DNA of 64,000 nt from Selaginella moellendorffii. Lineage: Eukaryota; Plantae; Lycopodiophyta. The stretch lies in assembly GCF_000143415.4 (NCBI RefSeq), contig NW_003314313.1, positions 1,081,430-1,145,429 of the forward strand, given 5' to 3'. Of this stretch, positions 11,101 through 24,705 are shown piece by piece; positions within the stretch are counted from its first letter, which is position 1, and each line of letters opens with the position of its first letter. A program made the translations under genes and the position numbers. The notes below the pieces were generated by a model that had not been told where the DNA came from, did not search any database, and saw only the letters and a program-made list of their open reading frames with translations.

Positions 11101-12720
11101 TCATTGCCTGGAAGAACAAAGTCTCTCTACCTGTCGAAGCTTGACTTCCCTGTTGTGGAGAACTCCATCTCTTCTGAGTGCCATGGGATTCACCCCCGCT
11201 TTGTGGGCCGCAACAACACCTAAAGCCTCCCAATAGTTGGCTGCTCTCACCTGAACAAAAGTATGATTTCAAGAGGACGATTTGCAAAGAAAGAAAAGCT
11301 CTTACTGCTTCGATTTGTAGCTTCTCCGGAGTGTCATTCAAGACGGTCACGTTCTCCTCCACAGCAATAATCAGAGGCTGTGGCACGAGAAACGAGAATC
11401 AGGATTGGCGCGCACTAGTAAGGAACTGTTTATAAATGACGTACCTTTTGTCGAGCCTTTTTACTGAATGCACGAACTCCGTCGCCTCCACAGGCGTTCA
11501 CCGGCACTAGCACTGCATCGACGTCCTCGGCCCATATCCGGTGAGGTCTGTGATCGCTGTCCCTGCTAACATATTGAGGAGCCTTGCTTAATCCCGCGAG
11601 AACGCTAGGAAGAAAGGTGTATCCAATCTGGAAGCAACATACATTGAGCTTTAAGAGAAGAGAAGAACAGCGTCCTTACCTCTTCCGCGGCAGATCTAGG
11701 AGAAACAGACGAATCGAATGGCAAAGGAGCCAATGCTGGTGCGTGCGCGCAAGGGATGTGAAACTCACTCACCACCATTTTACTAATCACAGCCTCGACT
11801 CCAGCCAGAGCATCGACACCCTGTTTCGAGGATAGTTTAGTTTCGTCACGAGGTCTTTGAAACTGAAGAATGGTATACCTGACCTTGCCTATAGTCTTTC
11901 AACACCTCCACATCGTCGTCTGGAAAGCGTGCTACCACGGCTACAGCATCGATCGCAGCATCTCTGACAAGTTTCTCTACAGCTCGTAGCAAAGAATCAG
12001 AGCGGGCAATGCGACCAGTAGAAGCACCGGTTTTGCCATCGATCCACTTCTCAACCTGGCATATATATTTTCGAGTCGTCTTTGGCCTTGAAAGCAAGAA
12101 AGGAAGAAAAATGCTAAGAGCTATAAGCAGTACCTGGAGTGATGCGTCAGTGACGACGTGCTCGAAAATCGAAGTTCCAAGAGTTGCAGCAGCAGCATCA
12201 GCCACTTGTAGATGTCTCAGTCGCAAATCCTGCTCAATCCCGGCGTCGAGGACGAGACCGACTTTGTTCCGGTGGACGGGGCTGAGACCCCAGGCACCAG
12301 CGGCAAACCGATCGAGAGCGTAGCCTTCGACGTACAAGGCGTTGCTCATCGGCCAGTAAAGCATAGCTCCATTCAGCACCTAAGCCAAAAAAGCTAAGCT
12401 CTCTAGCTTAGAAATTTTCTAGACACTTACATTTGGATGTGTGATGAGACAATCGACGATGGAAGCCAGAGCTCTGGCGACGGGGAGAGCATCGCCTGCG
12501 TATCCGCCAATGCAGGCCCCAGTTCCAGTCGGGACGATCAGCACAGCCGTGTATGGCCGCGACGCAAAAGCCTGGCAATCAAAATGTTAATGGATCAAAT
12601 CGATCGATGACATACCGGAGCAAAGAATGCCGTTGCTGCAGCCGTGCGCTTCTGCCTCCGCGATGCTAGCCCCGGCGCCCAGAATCCTCGAGGAGCCGGG
12701 AGCAATCCACACAGCAGCAT
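11101..12720 (-). CDS. DUF3326 family protein (cyanobacterial-type, probably plastid-targeted), copy A, multi-exon
   Basis: YTAVLIVPTGTGACIGGYAGDALP, THPNVLNGAMLYWP, YVEGYALDRF, CFQIGYTFLPSVLAGL, NYWEALGVVAAHKAG. First exon from ATG 12720 looks like a transit peptide. Confidence 0.85.
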
Positions 12721-14029
12721 TGGATTGGATAAGCCCTAAAATTTCACATAGGGGCTAGTTTATATCTTTCGCGCCATTTCGCCAGTTCTAGAGAGCAAGT
12801 TCTGGGGGGCTTTTACATGGGCTTCAAGGAATAAAATGTGTACACAGTGTTTACAACAGCTCCAATTCCAGACTGGGATGTTGGAGAACTGTTCACGAAT
12901 GTTGATGCAAAACATGGGTGGGGGCAACATCACCTTGAATTTGCTATTAGAATTAGAATGATCCAAAATATGTAAGTCTGTTCAGTAGCATGGTTTGTTG
13001 TCACCCATGTCTATTTCAAAAGGTTCTGGTTTATGCAGCTAAGTTGTTTGTGATCATTGCAAATGGAAATTGTTTCTGCAACCTATATATATATAAGCTT
13101 ATATATGAATAATAAGGTTGCAATTCCTACCCTAATGACGTTAAGTTAAAATAAAAGTTTTTTATGTCATGTAGATTTGAGCATAGCAATACCTTGGTGA
13201 CTTAGTAGCTATATTAGAGCCAATCTAAAAAAGTAAAAAGAAAATTAAGCTATCTAAATTTGAAACTTTTGTACATTTTACTTCAGTGACATTATCAATA
13301 TTGGCATTTTGGTCTTGATTACCACTTTGGTTTTGCTCAGCGAAATATCATTCTCAATATCATTTTCAATTTAATTGTCAATTTGTAAATAAAACTATTT
13401 GAGAAGAAAAATATTTTACAAGGAAAACAAACTTGTATAAACAAAAGATCTAGTTTTCCCATACTAAATACTTATTTTTGCAATGCAAAAATCAAGATTT
13501 TTCTATGACACAATCAATTAAACATAATTTATACTTTTATATTTGTTTATGGTAAAGCTTTTGAGCTAAACAATCTTAACCATATTAAAAGAAGTAGGTT
13601 GAAGCTTAAAGACAAGAGAGTTAATTTTTATTTTTTCTTAGATTGACATTCTTTTGCATTATTGACATCGCAGTTGAGAAATATAATTTTTGCAAAACCC
13701 TACCCAAATGAATTTACAAATGATATTAAATTTTCAACTTTTAAGCTATAATACCCTAAAATTTTGAATTGAAGCAGGAATATAAATATATCTATGTTAT
13801 GTTTATCATATAATACCCATAATCTATATGAGTGGACCTTAAGTAAGTTATTATGAAAAATAAAATATTAAATATTTGATTCTTAAATTATATTTACAAT
13901 CATTTTTATCCTTTTATTTATGTTCTAATATAAAATTATTATCCTTTATATATTCATTTATTTTTGTTCTACATAAAAATATAAAATTTTAAAATTTATT
14001 ACTTACTGGCTGAGCAACCTGAAGCTTCT

Positions 14030-14500
14030 TGCCAAGCTGCAACCATGTCACCACCACTCTTGCAGTTTGTCTCCATGGTTTTCATAAGGGGTGTTGGCTC
14101 CAAATGACCAGATTGGCAATCACTCACAAATCTTCGACTAGGAGCACCAAGTTCTCACTGGTCTTGCTACATCACACCCTCTAGTGCTGTGCTGCTCCTC
14201 CCTCACCATAGACTGATCTTGTTCTGCTTTTCCTACAGCCCCTGCAGGTCATGCTACCTGGTTGGCAATCCACTACACCCAAGTTCCAGTATGACAAAGT
14301 AGTCTCAGTTACTGGGCCACTTCAAGCTTGGTTCTATGATTCCGCAACCGACTCATGGACCGCTTCCACCCTTGGTGCCTTTTTCGTTCAGTGCGAGATT
14401 GTGTGTGGGAGACAGTGTGTGGTATTTGCTCGACTGGATGTCGATGCGGGTGCGTGGGAGATGACTCTCGCTTCACGGCACCTTTTCTTCTTCGAGGAGA
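14030..14500 (+). pseudogene. Decayed gene fragment, F-box-associated beta-propeller-like (copy 1 of 3)
   Basis: Stop- and frameshift-broken coding-like sequence containing LVGNPL and AWFYDSATDSWT. Homologous to 32020-32480 and 48750-49000. Confidence 0.4.
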
Positions 14501-14563
14501 TACAATCTTCAAAAATGCTCTTATCATAATTAATTATCCATTGCAAATATTTAGGGCTTGGGC

Positions 14564-17500
14564 ATGGAGGAAGCCCGGCAGGCGCTGGGCGATGGTCGAT
14601 TCCCCGACGCTGTCAAGCTCTGCAAGCAGCTACTCAAGCATGATCGCCGCAACTACGATGGATTCGTGGTCCTCGGCCTGGCGCTCGTCCGCAGCTCGCA
14701 GCATCTGGATCAGGCCGAAATGTCGCTCAAGAAGGCCATCTCTCTCGATCCATCCGCATTGCCGGCGTACCAGGTAAGCATTGCTTGCTAGATTCGTCCA
14801 GAGTTCCACTAGGGATTAAGCAGGCTATGGTCGAGCTGCGGGAATCGATGGGAAGCTCACCAGATTTGCTCGCCGAATCGATCCAAGCAGCTCTGGATGT
14901 GGCCAGGGCGCGGAACCAGAGTGCGCTTGCGGCGGATTTGATGCGGAAGCTTGCACGGACATTCTCAGCTGGACACAAGCACGATCAAGCGAAAGCTGCT
15001 TGGGGCCAAGTTCTCGACATGGAAGTAAGTCGAGAGCAACGGGTTGAGGCCCTCTCTGGAATTGTGGACGCGCACATAGCAGCTGGCAAAGGAGCGAAAG
15101 AATGCGAAGCAACTGGAGAGGAAGAAACACAAGCTATGGTGTCACACCTTGAAGAGCTTGTCTCCATGCTACCTTACGTTGAGATCTACCGGGAACTTTT
15201 GTTGGCACTTCTTGCTTGCAAAGCTCGTCGAGGTACCGCCCAGTGGAAATCTTCTGACGGTCTCGCTGACAGGAGCTTTTTTTCCAGGGGAGCAAACGAA
15301 AAAGGATCTCTTGAAGCACTCCCGAGAAATGCTATCAACTTGTCCCTCGACAATGGCGGCCGATGTGCTTGTGACCATGGCTGAAGAGGACGATGCGGAA
15401 GAACTTTTCGAGGATTTTGAAACGGGAGAAGCGAGCTTTCGTGTCTGGATCGGAAAGCACGTTGCTCATCTATATCCTGGAAGGGGTATCACACTAGCTT
15501 CATCCAAGTGTAAAACTTCTAGGTGAAAGGCAGCTCTAGCGGCGATCGGTACTGACCAACAGTTCTTTTGCAGGAAGATGCTGGCAGAGTGGGATGTTTC
15601 ATGTGACGAAAACTCAATCTCTGGGTATGTATACCTTCTCTTGTTTGTTTTCTATATCCTAAGCGTTTAAGCAGGTGTCGGATGCTGGCAAAAGAACTTG
15701 TGTCCGAAGGGCTGTTTGAGAAAGCTTCTGAGCGAGTAGGAAAGGGTCTAGCTTCTATAGCGCTCAAACGAAGGTCATACGGACTAGTTCTGAAGGCAGC
15801 TGAACTGGACCTGCGCCTAGTTCTTGGAGGCTTACTTCTGCTCAAACAGAACCACGACGAGGCTGCTCGTGTGTTTATGAATGTCTCGGAGGTATTTCTG
15901 CGGGTTTTTTTCAATGTCTTTTTCTAAATTGCAATCCATCCAGGAGGCCAAGTCCCTGCCGGAACAACGAAGCAGAATTATCATTGGTGAGGCTTTCCAG
16001 GTTAACTCGTTTACTTTTCTAAAAGGTTTATGTACTTAAATCATCTGTACGTCCCAGGGATTGGTAAAGCTCTCACTTGCTATGAAGGAAAGGGATGTCG
16101 CAAAGTCCAGGCTTGATCAAATTCTGCGACAGGATCCTAAAGATCACTGGGCACTTTCTGAGAGAGGTTGGCTCGCTTTCGAAACCAGTTCCTTCAACCA
16201 AGCAAAGGCAGACTTGGAGAATGCTGTTTCTGCATGCCAGGAATCTGCTATTTACCACTACCGTTTGGTATGCATAATGTGCTGTATTACCATGACAAAG
16301 ATGGACGTTTCAGGGACGCGTTTATTGGGAAACCGAAGACATGAAGGAGAAAGCAGCACACGAATTTGTTGAATCTGCAAAACTTGACCCCAGTCGAGCT
16401 GATACGTTCATCTACTTGGGCCACTACTACAGAGAGCTTGCAAAAGATCTTCGAAGGGCAGTTCGCTGCTACCAAAAGGCTGTGGCTTTGGACGCCGAAA
16501 ATGAAGCGACGGGAGTAAGCAATCGCCTGTCCTTTTGTCCATGCTGACGTCATTTATAAGCTTGTTCAGGAAATGCTTTGTGACATCCTTGATCATGGGG
16601 GGCAGTTTTCAATGGAAAAGAACATTTGTGAAGAGGCTTCAAAAAAATCACCTCGTGCATTTTGGGCATGGCGGCGTCTTGGATTTATTCAGGTGCGAGC
16701 CTCCTTATAGTGCTTCTGGCCATCAGCTCAAACTTCGCGCAGGTAGCGGAACGGAAGTGGTCAGAGGCAATATCGAGCACGCAATATGGTCTTCGCGGAT
16801 ATCCGACTGATTCCCGCCTTTGGGAGGTAAGCCATGTAACCGTCGGTTAAGCTGTGACATCCTTGTGTTTTGTTCAGGCTCTAGCACTGTCTTATAAAAA
16901 GCTAGGCATGCTTACTGCCGCGTCGAAGGTTCTCGATTTCTGTTTTATCGTCTGAGCTGACGTTCTATCCTTAGGCTTTTGGTCGTGCATTTGACCTTGA
17001 CAACAGTAGCCTGTTCGCTGCTCTTGAAATGGGAGCTATCGACCTTGCCTTGTCCGCATTTTCTAAGGTGTTTTGTTCTTCTACGGGTCACGTTTTCTTA
17101 CAAAGCTACTATTTACAGGCCACCCGAGCGTATCGTGAAGCCTTGCGTATCTCTCCTGGTGAGCTCATTGCTATTCATGGCCTCGTATCTTCCTTACTTG
17201 GTCAAGCTCGGGAGTGCTTTACTCAGGGTGCGTTTTGGTGGTGTGCTACAATCTTGAAGGTAAGCTGTTTTCTCTAGTAGGCCAAAAGTTTTTTAACTCA
17301 AGGCTCTCAGGAGGCAATTGATTTAGCCATTGGAAGCAGGTCGATGTATGGGCATTTGGTTGCCATATGGAAGCACCTTGGCGATGCAAGCGTAAATATT
17401 CGCATTGGTAGTGCTTCTATTGTCTTATTTTTCCTGTTGCAGTTGATGTACGCGCAGTCGTTGCCTTTTGAATCAGCAGATCCGCAGAGATCTTGGCAAG

Positions 17501-20500
17501 AGGCTGTTGACTCGTGGTACAGTGAACGAGTAGATGCTGCGAATAACGCTGTGCATGCGTATCGACGTGCAATCCATTTGCTACCAAGCGAAGGGAGTCT
17601 GTATCGTGATCTTGCAACCGCAATGGAGTATACGTTGAATTTAAAGAAACCTTCCAGACCCTCACAAACAAGATGGTAACCACTTTCTCTATCATTTCTC
17701 TGACTCGTATTCTGCCAGGTTCGAAACGGAAATTATTGTCTGCTGTGGTTTGCAACACGATGGATCGAACGCGGATATGTGGGTGTCTCTAGCTCTCGTC
17801 ACTCAACACAAAGGACTCCGGCAGCATGCTCTTATTCAGGCTCTCCGACTTGATGCAAACCATGCAATTGCATGGGCTTATCTAGGCCAAGTACGTGTTC
17901 TGTCCCCTCGAAGCTGTGTGTATTTATCTTTGCCTTTGCAGCTCTATTTGAGTTTGGGTGAGCAAGTCCTGGCGCAACAATCATTCGATAGAGCTCGAAG
18001 TGCAGATCCAACTTTATCATTGCCATGGGCCGGAATGGCACTCATCCATTATAATTTAAGCCAGAGGTTTTTCTTTTTAATTCTTTTCTCAAGTTATCTT
18101 CTTACTTACTCACGCATTTCATCCTTTTGTAGAACTACCTCGAAGGATCAGGCTTTAGAAGCGTTCGCAAGCTGTTCCTGTGCTGTGCAACTCTCATGTG
18201 TAAGCATGAACTTGTTCCTTCGTCTCTTTTTGTATCTCATAAATTCATGTCAGGCACCTAACGTACATCTCGGGGTTGGCCAACTAGCGGCGCAGACGCA
18301 GGATCTTGGCCTACCTCAGGTCAGTGTTTTTATCCTCTGTAGAGTCAATTCGTAATGTTGTGGTTGTTCCAGGTGAATTTGGCTCTGCAACATGCATCTC
18401 AAAGACAGCCATTACAAGCAGCAGCACATAATCTGCGAGGGCTGTCATGTGAGTCCAGAAAGGATTACATGCCAGCTGTTGTAGCGTATAGGAATTCCCG
18501 TTCTGCAGCTACAAAAGCATTACTATCTAGTGAGCTTCAGACTCTTATTACGGCGAATCTTGCTCGAACTTTATGCAAGGTCAGAAGCTTTTCCTTCTTC
18601 TTTCTATACTGATTGTTGTCAGGGGGTCCAGGCTGGAAATGCAGAGGATGCAGTTCTGGAGTATAACAAGCTTCGTGATTCCAGTAAGAAAGCCTTACAT
18701 ATTTGTTCGAGCTTGCAAGATTTGTTGTTTGTTGTGTAGGTTCGTTACATGACTTGGATGATATCCGAAGCTATGCTGTCGCATTAAGGGACTCGGGTCA
18801 AGGAGTTCAGGCGGAGGTACTCATAAAGAAGGCACTAACCACAAGAACACCACATGACAGCAGAGCACAGTTCGCTGCTATGCTCGTGCTTCTCTCCAAA
18901 TTAACATACTTCAACCAAGGACCTGTGCCTGGATTTGACGTTCTATGGAGTGCTCCTGACATACTCTTTTCGGACGAAGAACTTTGCTTGACGGCTCTTT
19001 CGCTAGCACTCTCTACCTGTAGAACAGATCGGATTTCTGCAGCCATTAGTCGATGCCGTTATCTATTCACTTCAAAGTACGCAGCAGATGCGTACGTGCT
19101 AATTGCATCAATGAACCAGGTGAGCTTTTCGTTCTATCATTCTAATGTGCGAAGCTGTTGATTTGCTATCAGGCTGAGGTAATTCCGGACATGAAAAGAG
19201 CACTGCATTGTTACCCCACGAGTGGCAGCTTGAGGTAGAAATTTCCATTTCCTCCTAAAATGATGCCGCTTATAATAACATCTCTTCCTTTGCAGAGCAA
19301 AGCTGGGAGAGATTATTCTTTCTCATGGTTCTCATGATCATGGTTCAACTTCAAACCTGGTGGAACGATTGTGCAGCATGAGCTCTCTGATTTCAGATGA
19401 CAGGCTGACGCAGAAGTTGAGTTCGTTGGTTCTTGTTGATGCTACGGTTGCGTGCGGTCAATATGGCACGGAAATACTCCTTCAGCTGCAGAGGTGAAGG
19501 TTTTATCCCGTCGTTTCACATTTGACACTTGCTGTCTTTGCAGGGTGGTTCACCGCGAGCCCTGGAACATGAAGGCACGATATTGCTTGATACTGGTTTT
19601 GCTTGGTGGTGCGCGAAGACAAGGCTTTCCTCGTCATCTCTGCCATACTATACTACGAATATCGACAACTACTCTGTACCATCTCCCTTCTTCCTCTGAT
19701 CGTCAGGCTGCCTACATGCGAATGCAGATAGAGCTTTGTGTGTCGGAGAGTGAGCTGAGGCTCGGCAACTACACTTGCGCTCTTGACCGAGCCGTGGCAT
19801 CTCTCAACGCCATCAAGGGGTTCTCAGATCTCAATGCGGCTCCTGCGTACCTCCAGCTCGCTCGCTGCTATCGTCTACTCAACGACTTGTCTCATTTCGT
19901 AAAAGGAGCAGTGGCAGGGTGGCAGCAGCAAACAGATGTAAAACGAGACAATGCTCTTTGGCACTTGTCATTGCTGGAGTTGCAGCTATGCTGTGGAGTG
20001 ATCAAAGAGGACGACAGTGTGTTACTCAGGCTTAGGCATTCGTTGCAGCAGTCCAAGCAAGGATGGTTAGCACTTCTCGAAGTGATGCTAGCGCGCCTCT
20101 ATTATCAAAGGGGTGAGCCAGAGCTATCAGAGGATGCTGCAGCCAATGCATTGCTATGGTGGCCAAACAATCCAGTGCTGTGTCTCTTCCATGGTACGTT
20201 AACAGGCATGAGTTTTGATCGATTGAACTGACCCGCGCTACTTTGTAAAGGTGCGGTATCTTTGGAGCTGGCAAAGTCGGGGAAGGGAGCCAGCTATGCA
20301 TCTAAGGCTGTTTCAAGCCTTGGAAAAGCGGTGCGAGACAAGGGTAGAGAGCTTCCGACAGCATACGCTCTTCTAGCTCAAGCCGAGTCAAGCGGCAGCA
20401 AAGATGGATCGAATCGGGCAGGTGTGGTAAAAAAATGGGCCAAGCACCTGCGAGCAGCGTTCCTGGCATGGCCTACGACAGGTACTACTACACAAGTGTG

Positions 20501-20719
20501 TCATTGTTGCTTTCGTTGATTTCCTCGTTTCTTACAGAACATCCAGTACCAGCAGAGATGTTTTTCCTCATGGCTTTACTATCCAAGCAGCAAGTAGGGG
20601 GCGAGCAAGGCGAGAGATGCCCCGAGGACGATAGAACTTGGTGGTCATGGCTACAGGCGGCTGTGCATTTGAACCCGACATGTCCAAAGTACTGGACATT
20701 ATTAAAGCAGATAAAATAG
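14564..20719 (+). CDS. SKI3: SKI3/TTC37 tetratricopeptide-repeat subunit of the SKI complex, copy A, many exons
   Basis: KAAHEFVESAKLDP...FIYLGHYY...DLRRAVRCYQKAV, EMLCDILD, AFWAWRRLG, KWSEA...LRGYPTDSRLWEAL, RQHALIQALRLD...AWAYLG, FDRARSADPTLSLPWAGM, AVHLNPTCPKYW all match recalled plant SKI3 blocks. Confidence 0.92.
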
Positions 20720-20870
20720 TTCTTTTTTACGAGTGATTTTCCACCCTATGCAGTGTTGTTCTGTACTTCACAGCTACTTTTACCGTGTTTGGCTTCAATT
20801 ACCGATCTTAGCATCCTGCTATTTTGGTATGGCTTATGACAGTTTCCCTGAACAACATCCATGCTTCTTG

Positions 20871-20968
20871 GGACTTTTGATCAGTATTTGCTATTGCTCA
20901 TATTTGGGATTTAAGGCTGGGACTTTTGATCAGTATTTGCTATTGCTCATATTTGGGATTTAAGGCTG
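20871..20968. repeat. Perfect 49-bp tandem duplication in the SKI3-A 3' region
   Basis: ggacttttgatcagtatttgctattgctcatatttgggatttaaggctg occurs twice (20871-20919, 20920-20968). Confidence 0.95.
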
Positions 20969-21079
20969 AAACGCTTTAAGGTGGTTTGGTTGGCTTGCTT
21001 AAAGATTGAACTTAATTTAGTCATACTTACATTATTTTATTGAAAAATAGTGTGATTTAACTTAAAATTTATTTTATAG

Positions 21080-21254
21080 CGTGAGTGATTGGAATATAGA
21101 AAGGGAATACAGAAATGTGCATATCAATTAACCCAAAAACCCTAACTTATATACAGGAGCGAGTAGTCCGGATTGAAACCAATCCAACGGCTACCAAAAT
21201 CCCACTACACTAATATTAATATACAACATCGTAGCCATACACTTGGCCCTCACA
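21080..21254 (-). repeat. Putative 3' LTR, about 175 bp; outer end uncertain
   Basis: Starts TGTGAG 3 nt after the PPT and ends CTCAC(G), an imperfect terminal inverted repeat. Contains TATATAAG and TTAGGGTTT. No second LTR is available in the window to confirm the boundary. Confidence 0.5.
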
Positions 21255-24200
21255 TCATCCCCTCCTCTCGGAATAATGGAAGACTGTCAGGGTTCTCTTG
21301 TAGATGGGCCGGGATCTGGAGGAACATCAGGAGGAGGCATCAATGGATTTGTAGGTGGTATTAACTGCTCTTGATCCTTTTGTATGAAGCATTTCAACCG
21401 CTGCACATGCACAATCTCTGGAGGATCGGCTTGCTGGACATCATGCTGAACCTCATAAACTTGAGGTCCAACTTGCCGCAACACCCGATACGGTCCTTTC
21501 CACTGCGCAAGAAGCCCCTTAGATAAACCACGTACCGTAAGATGGGGAAAACGGACTAACACCAAATCATCCACTTTGTATTCCGCAGGTGGACGATGAT
21601 GGGAGTTGTACCACCGTGTTGTTGTCCCACTTGTACGTGACCTAAGTGTTCGGCAAACTCCGCTCGGACAAGTGGAAGAATGCTCGTCAAATACTGATCC
21701 CACGACCTAGCATCTGCAGCTCGTGGCAATCGTGAAGGTAAACCCAGCTCCGTTGGTAATATTGGATCATGACCATATAAAAGTTTATATGGTGAAGCAC
21801 CAACAGAACTTTGCACCCCTGTGACATATGCATACCGAAGAGACGGCAAATAACCATCTTAATCCGAATGCTGAAAGTTCACATACTTCGCAATCATCCC
21901 CTTGAATGTCCGAACGAGCCATTCCACCAGACCATCTGATTGTGGATGATAAGCACTCGTGAAACTGTGGCGTATCCCCAACCAAGACGTCAAAACATGA
22001 AATGCCTCAACCACAAATGCGGGACCATTATCCGAAAGAATCTGCTCTTGACAAAAATGCTGGAACACCACTCGATTGAGGAGAAAGTATCCAACAGCAG
22101 TTGCAGAGGCACTAGCAAGAGCACCAACTTCCACCCAATGAGTCAAATAGTCAGAAGTAATAATAACATACTCATTGCCAGCAGTCGACTATGGAAAAGG
22201 TCCCATAAGATCAAACGCCACCAACTCAAATGGACGGGAAATTGCAATTAACTCCAACCGTCCTTCCACAGCCCAAGGGGGAGTATTACGAGCTTGGCAC
22301 CAAACACAGCTATGCACATACCGGATAATATTACGTCGCATCTCCGGCCAATAGAAAGACCTGTGCAGCTTCTCAATTACACGACGATGTCCCATATGCC
22401 CACCTAGAACAGGAGAATCATGGTAGGCATGGAGAAACTGCGAAATAAAGATAGAAGGCACCACCAGCCGTAAATGATCATCAGGATCCGTCCCCACAAA
22501 ATAAAGAAGGTTGTCTTCGAGGTGATATTGAGAATGTAAATGCCGGAAAGGCAAGTCATCAGCAAGTGATGCAGGATTCTCAAACCCATCTCGAAGCCTT
22601 CGAATCCACAGCTCAAGCTTTTGAGCTTCACGAACCTCATCAAGAGAAGGTAGATCTTGCTCTGCACCTTGTGGACACTAAATGTCAAGTATAGCAACTG
22701 CCGACGGCATAGAATCCTCATCTAGAAAATCCACAGAGGCTGGAACAAAAGGCTCGTCAGAAACATGATAAAAGAATGGAGAAGGAAGAGGAGCTCAAGA
22801 AAGGGCATCAACATCAGCCAAAGAACTCCCTGGGCGATGAACAACATCAAAATTATATATCTGAAGCTTCAAAGCCCATCGAGCAATATGACCAACCAGG
22901 TTCTTCCGCTTCAATAATGAAGTAACAGCAGCATGATCACCTTCAAGTAACGTTCGAGAACCATGTAGATATGCATGAAGTTTCTCGAAACCCCAAGCTG
23001 TTGCTTCTCTGTCGTGGAGTAGTTCATTTCCGCTGGTTGTAATGTATGGCTTATATATGCAATGGGATGGCGCTGACTAGGCACACTCGAGCTCTCTTGC
23101 ATCAACACACCTCCAAAACCAATGTCAGAAGCATCCACGCACAAAATAAAAGGTCGAGTGTAGTCAGGATATGCCAAAACCAGAGGAGTTGTCAATAGCT
23201 CTTTGAGATCCTCGAACGCCCGCTCACAATCCGGAGACCAAATGAAAGATGATGTTGATGACTTCAACAACGCTCGCAATGGTGCAATGTGATCAGAAAG
23301 ATGATCCACAAAGCGACCGAGATACTGCACCTTGCCCAAAAAGCACTGCACCTCATTCACACACTTCGGAGTAGGGAACTTTAGAACAGCCACAAGTTTG
23401 TCAGGATCAACTTGCAAACCCTCACGAGAAATACGGTACCCAAGATAAGTTGTATCCTTGGACCCAAACACGCACTTCGACCGTTTCAGCTTTAAACCAA
23501 CATCGCGTAGCCAATCCAACACTTTACAAACATCACGAACGTGCTCCTCCCATGTCCCCTCCAAGTGAATCAAGACATCATCAATGAAGTCAGTAGTCAC
23601 CTTTGGCATATCACAAAGAACATTGTCCATCATCCGCTGGAAAGTTGCTGGAGCATTGTTCAAACCAAACGGCATCACCAAGAACTCGTACAAACCAAAC
23701 GGTGTACGAAAAGCAGTCTTAGGAATATCTTCTTTAGCCATTGGTACTTGCTAGTACCCAGAAGCAAGATCTAGCTTGGTGAACCAACGACTTTGCCCTA
23801 GACGATCCAAGAGATCAGCAGTGTGAGGAAGAGGGTACACATCCGGGATCATCACTTCATTTAATGAACGATAGTCGATGCAGAAACGAATACTCCCATT
23901 AGGTTTCGTCACAAGATGAGGTTCACATGCCCAAGGACTCCGCGACTTCCGAATAACACCCTTCTCCAACATCTCCTTGACGTTTGCACGTAAAATCTTA
24001 ATCTCCTTGGGTGACCGACGACGAACAGGAACCTTGATTGGACGAGCATCCCCGGTTGGAATCGGATGACGTGTGGCAATCTTGGCCCCAGATGATAGGT
24101 CAAATTCAAAGAGATCAGAATACTCCTTCATGAGCTGGTCAACAGCTGCAACACAAAGATCATCGGAGGGATCGGAAAAGGGAAGAGCAAAACAAGATGG

Positions 24201-24705
24201 AAACATAGGAGGAAATAGTGGGGGAACAAAAGTAATGGAAGCAGAGGTAGAGGTAGAGGGACGAAGAGATACGGAAGTGAGAGGAATGGATGAAACATAA
24301 GGAAGTATGAGACAAGGGGGAGAAGTCTCAAAGTCACACTTGGCATGATTGTGCTGCAACCAATCCATACCAAGAATGAGGTCAAAAGCTTGACTTGGCA
24401 CCACCCGTAATGACTACAACTCAAGCTCGAGATTGCCCACACGCACAACCAGGTCCGCCTCATCTCGTGCACATGCATGCATACGGCCGTTGCCATAAAG
24501 AATGAAAACTGGATCCGCCGCACGACGCAAGTGTAGACGACAACGTGTGGCAACAGGTCGAGCAATAGAAGATAAACTCGAACCTGTATCAACCAACACA
24601 GAGAGAATAATAGAAGACCTCTTGTTATAAAAACGAGCTTGGAAAGTAAATACTGGATGAACCGGTGCCCAGTGAACCCCTTGATAATACTCCCGAAAGA
24701 AAGAT

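Larger units (their letters stand above)
7790..21018. repeat. Segmental tandem duplication, copy A (3' half of FLA through the SKI3 3' region)
   Basis: Colinear and nearly identical to 25839-38923. The ORF track repeats with offsets of about 17,980-18,081. Confidence 0.97.
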
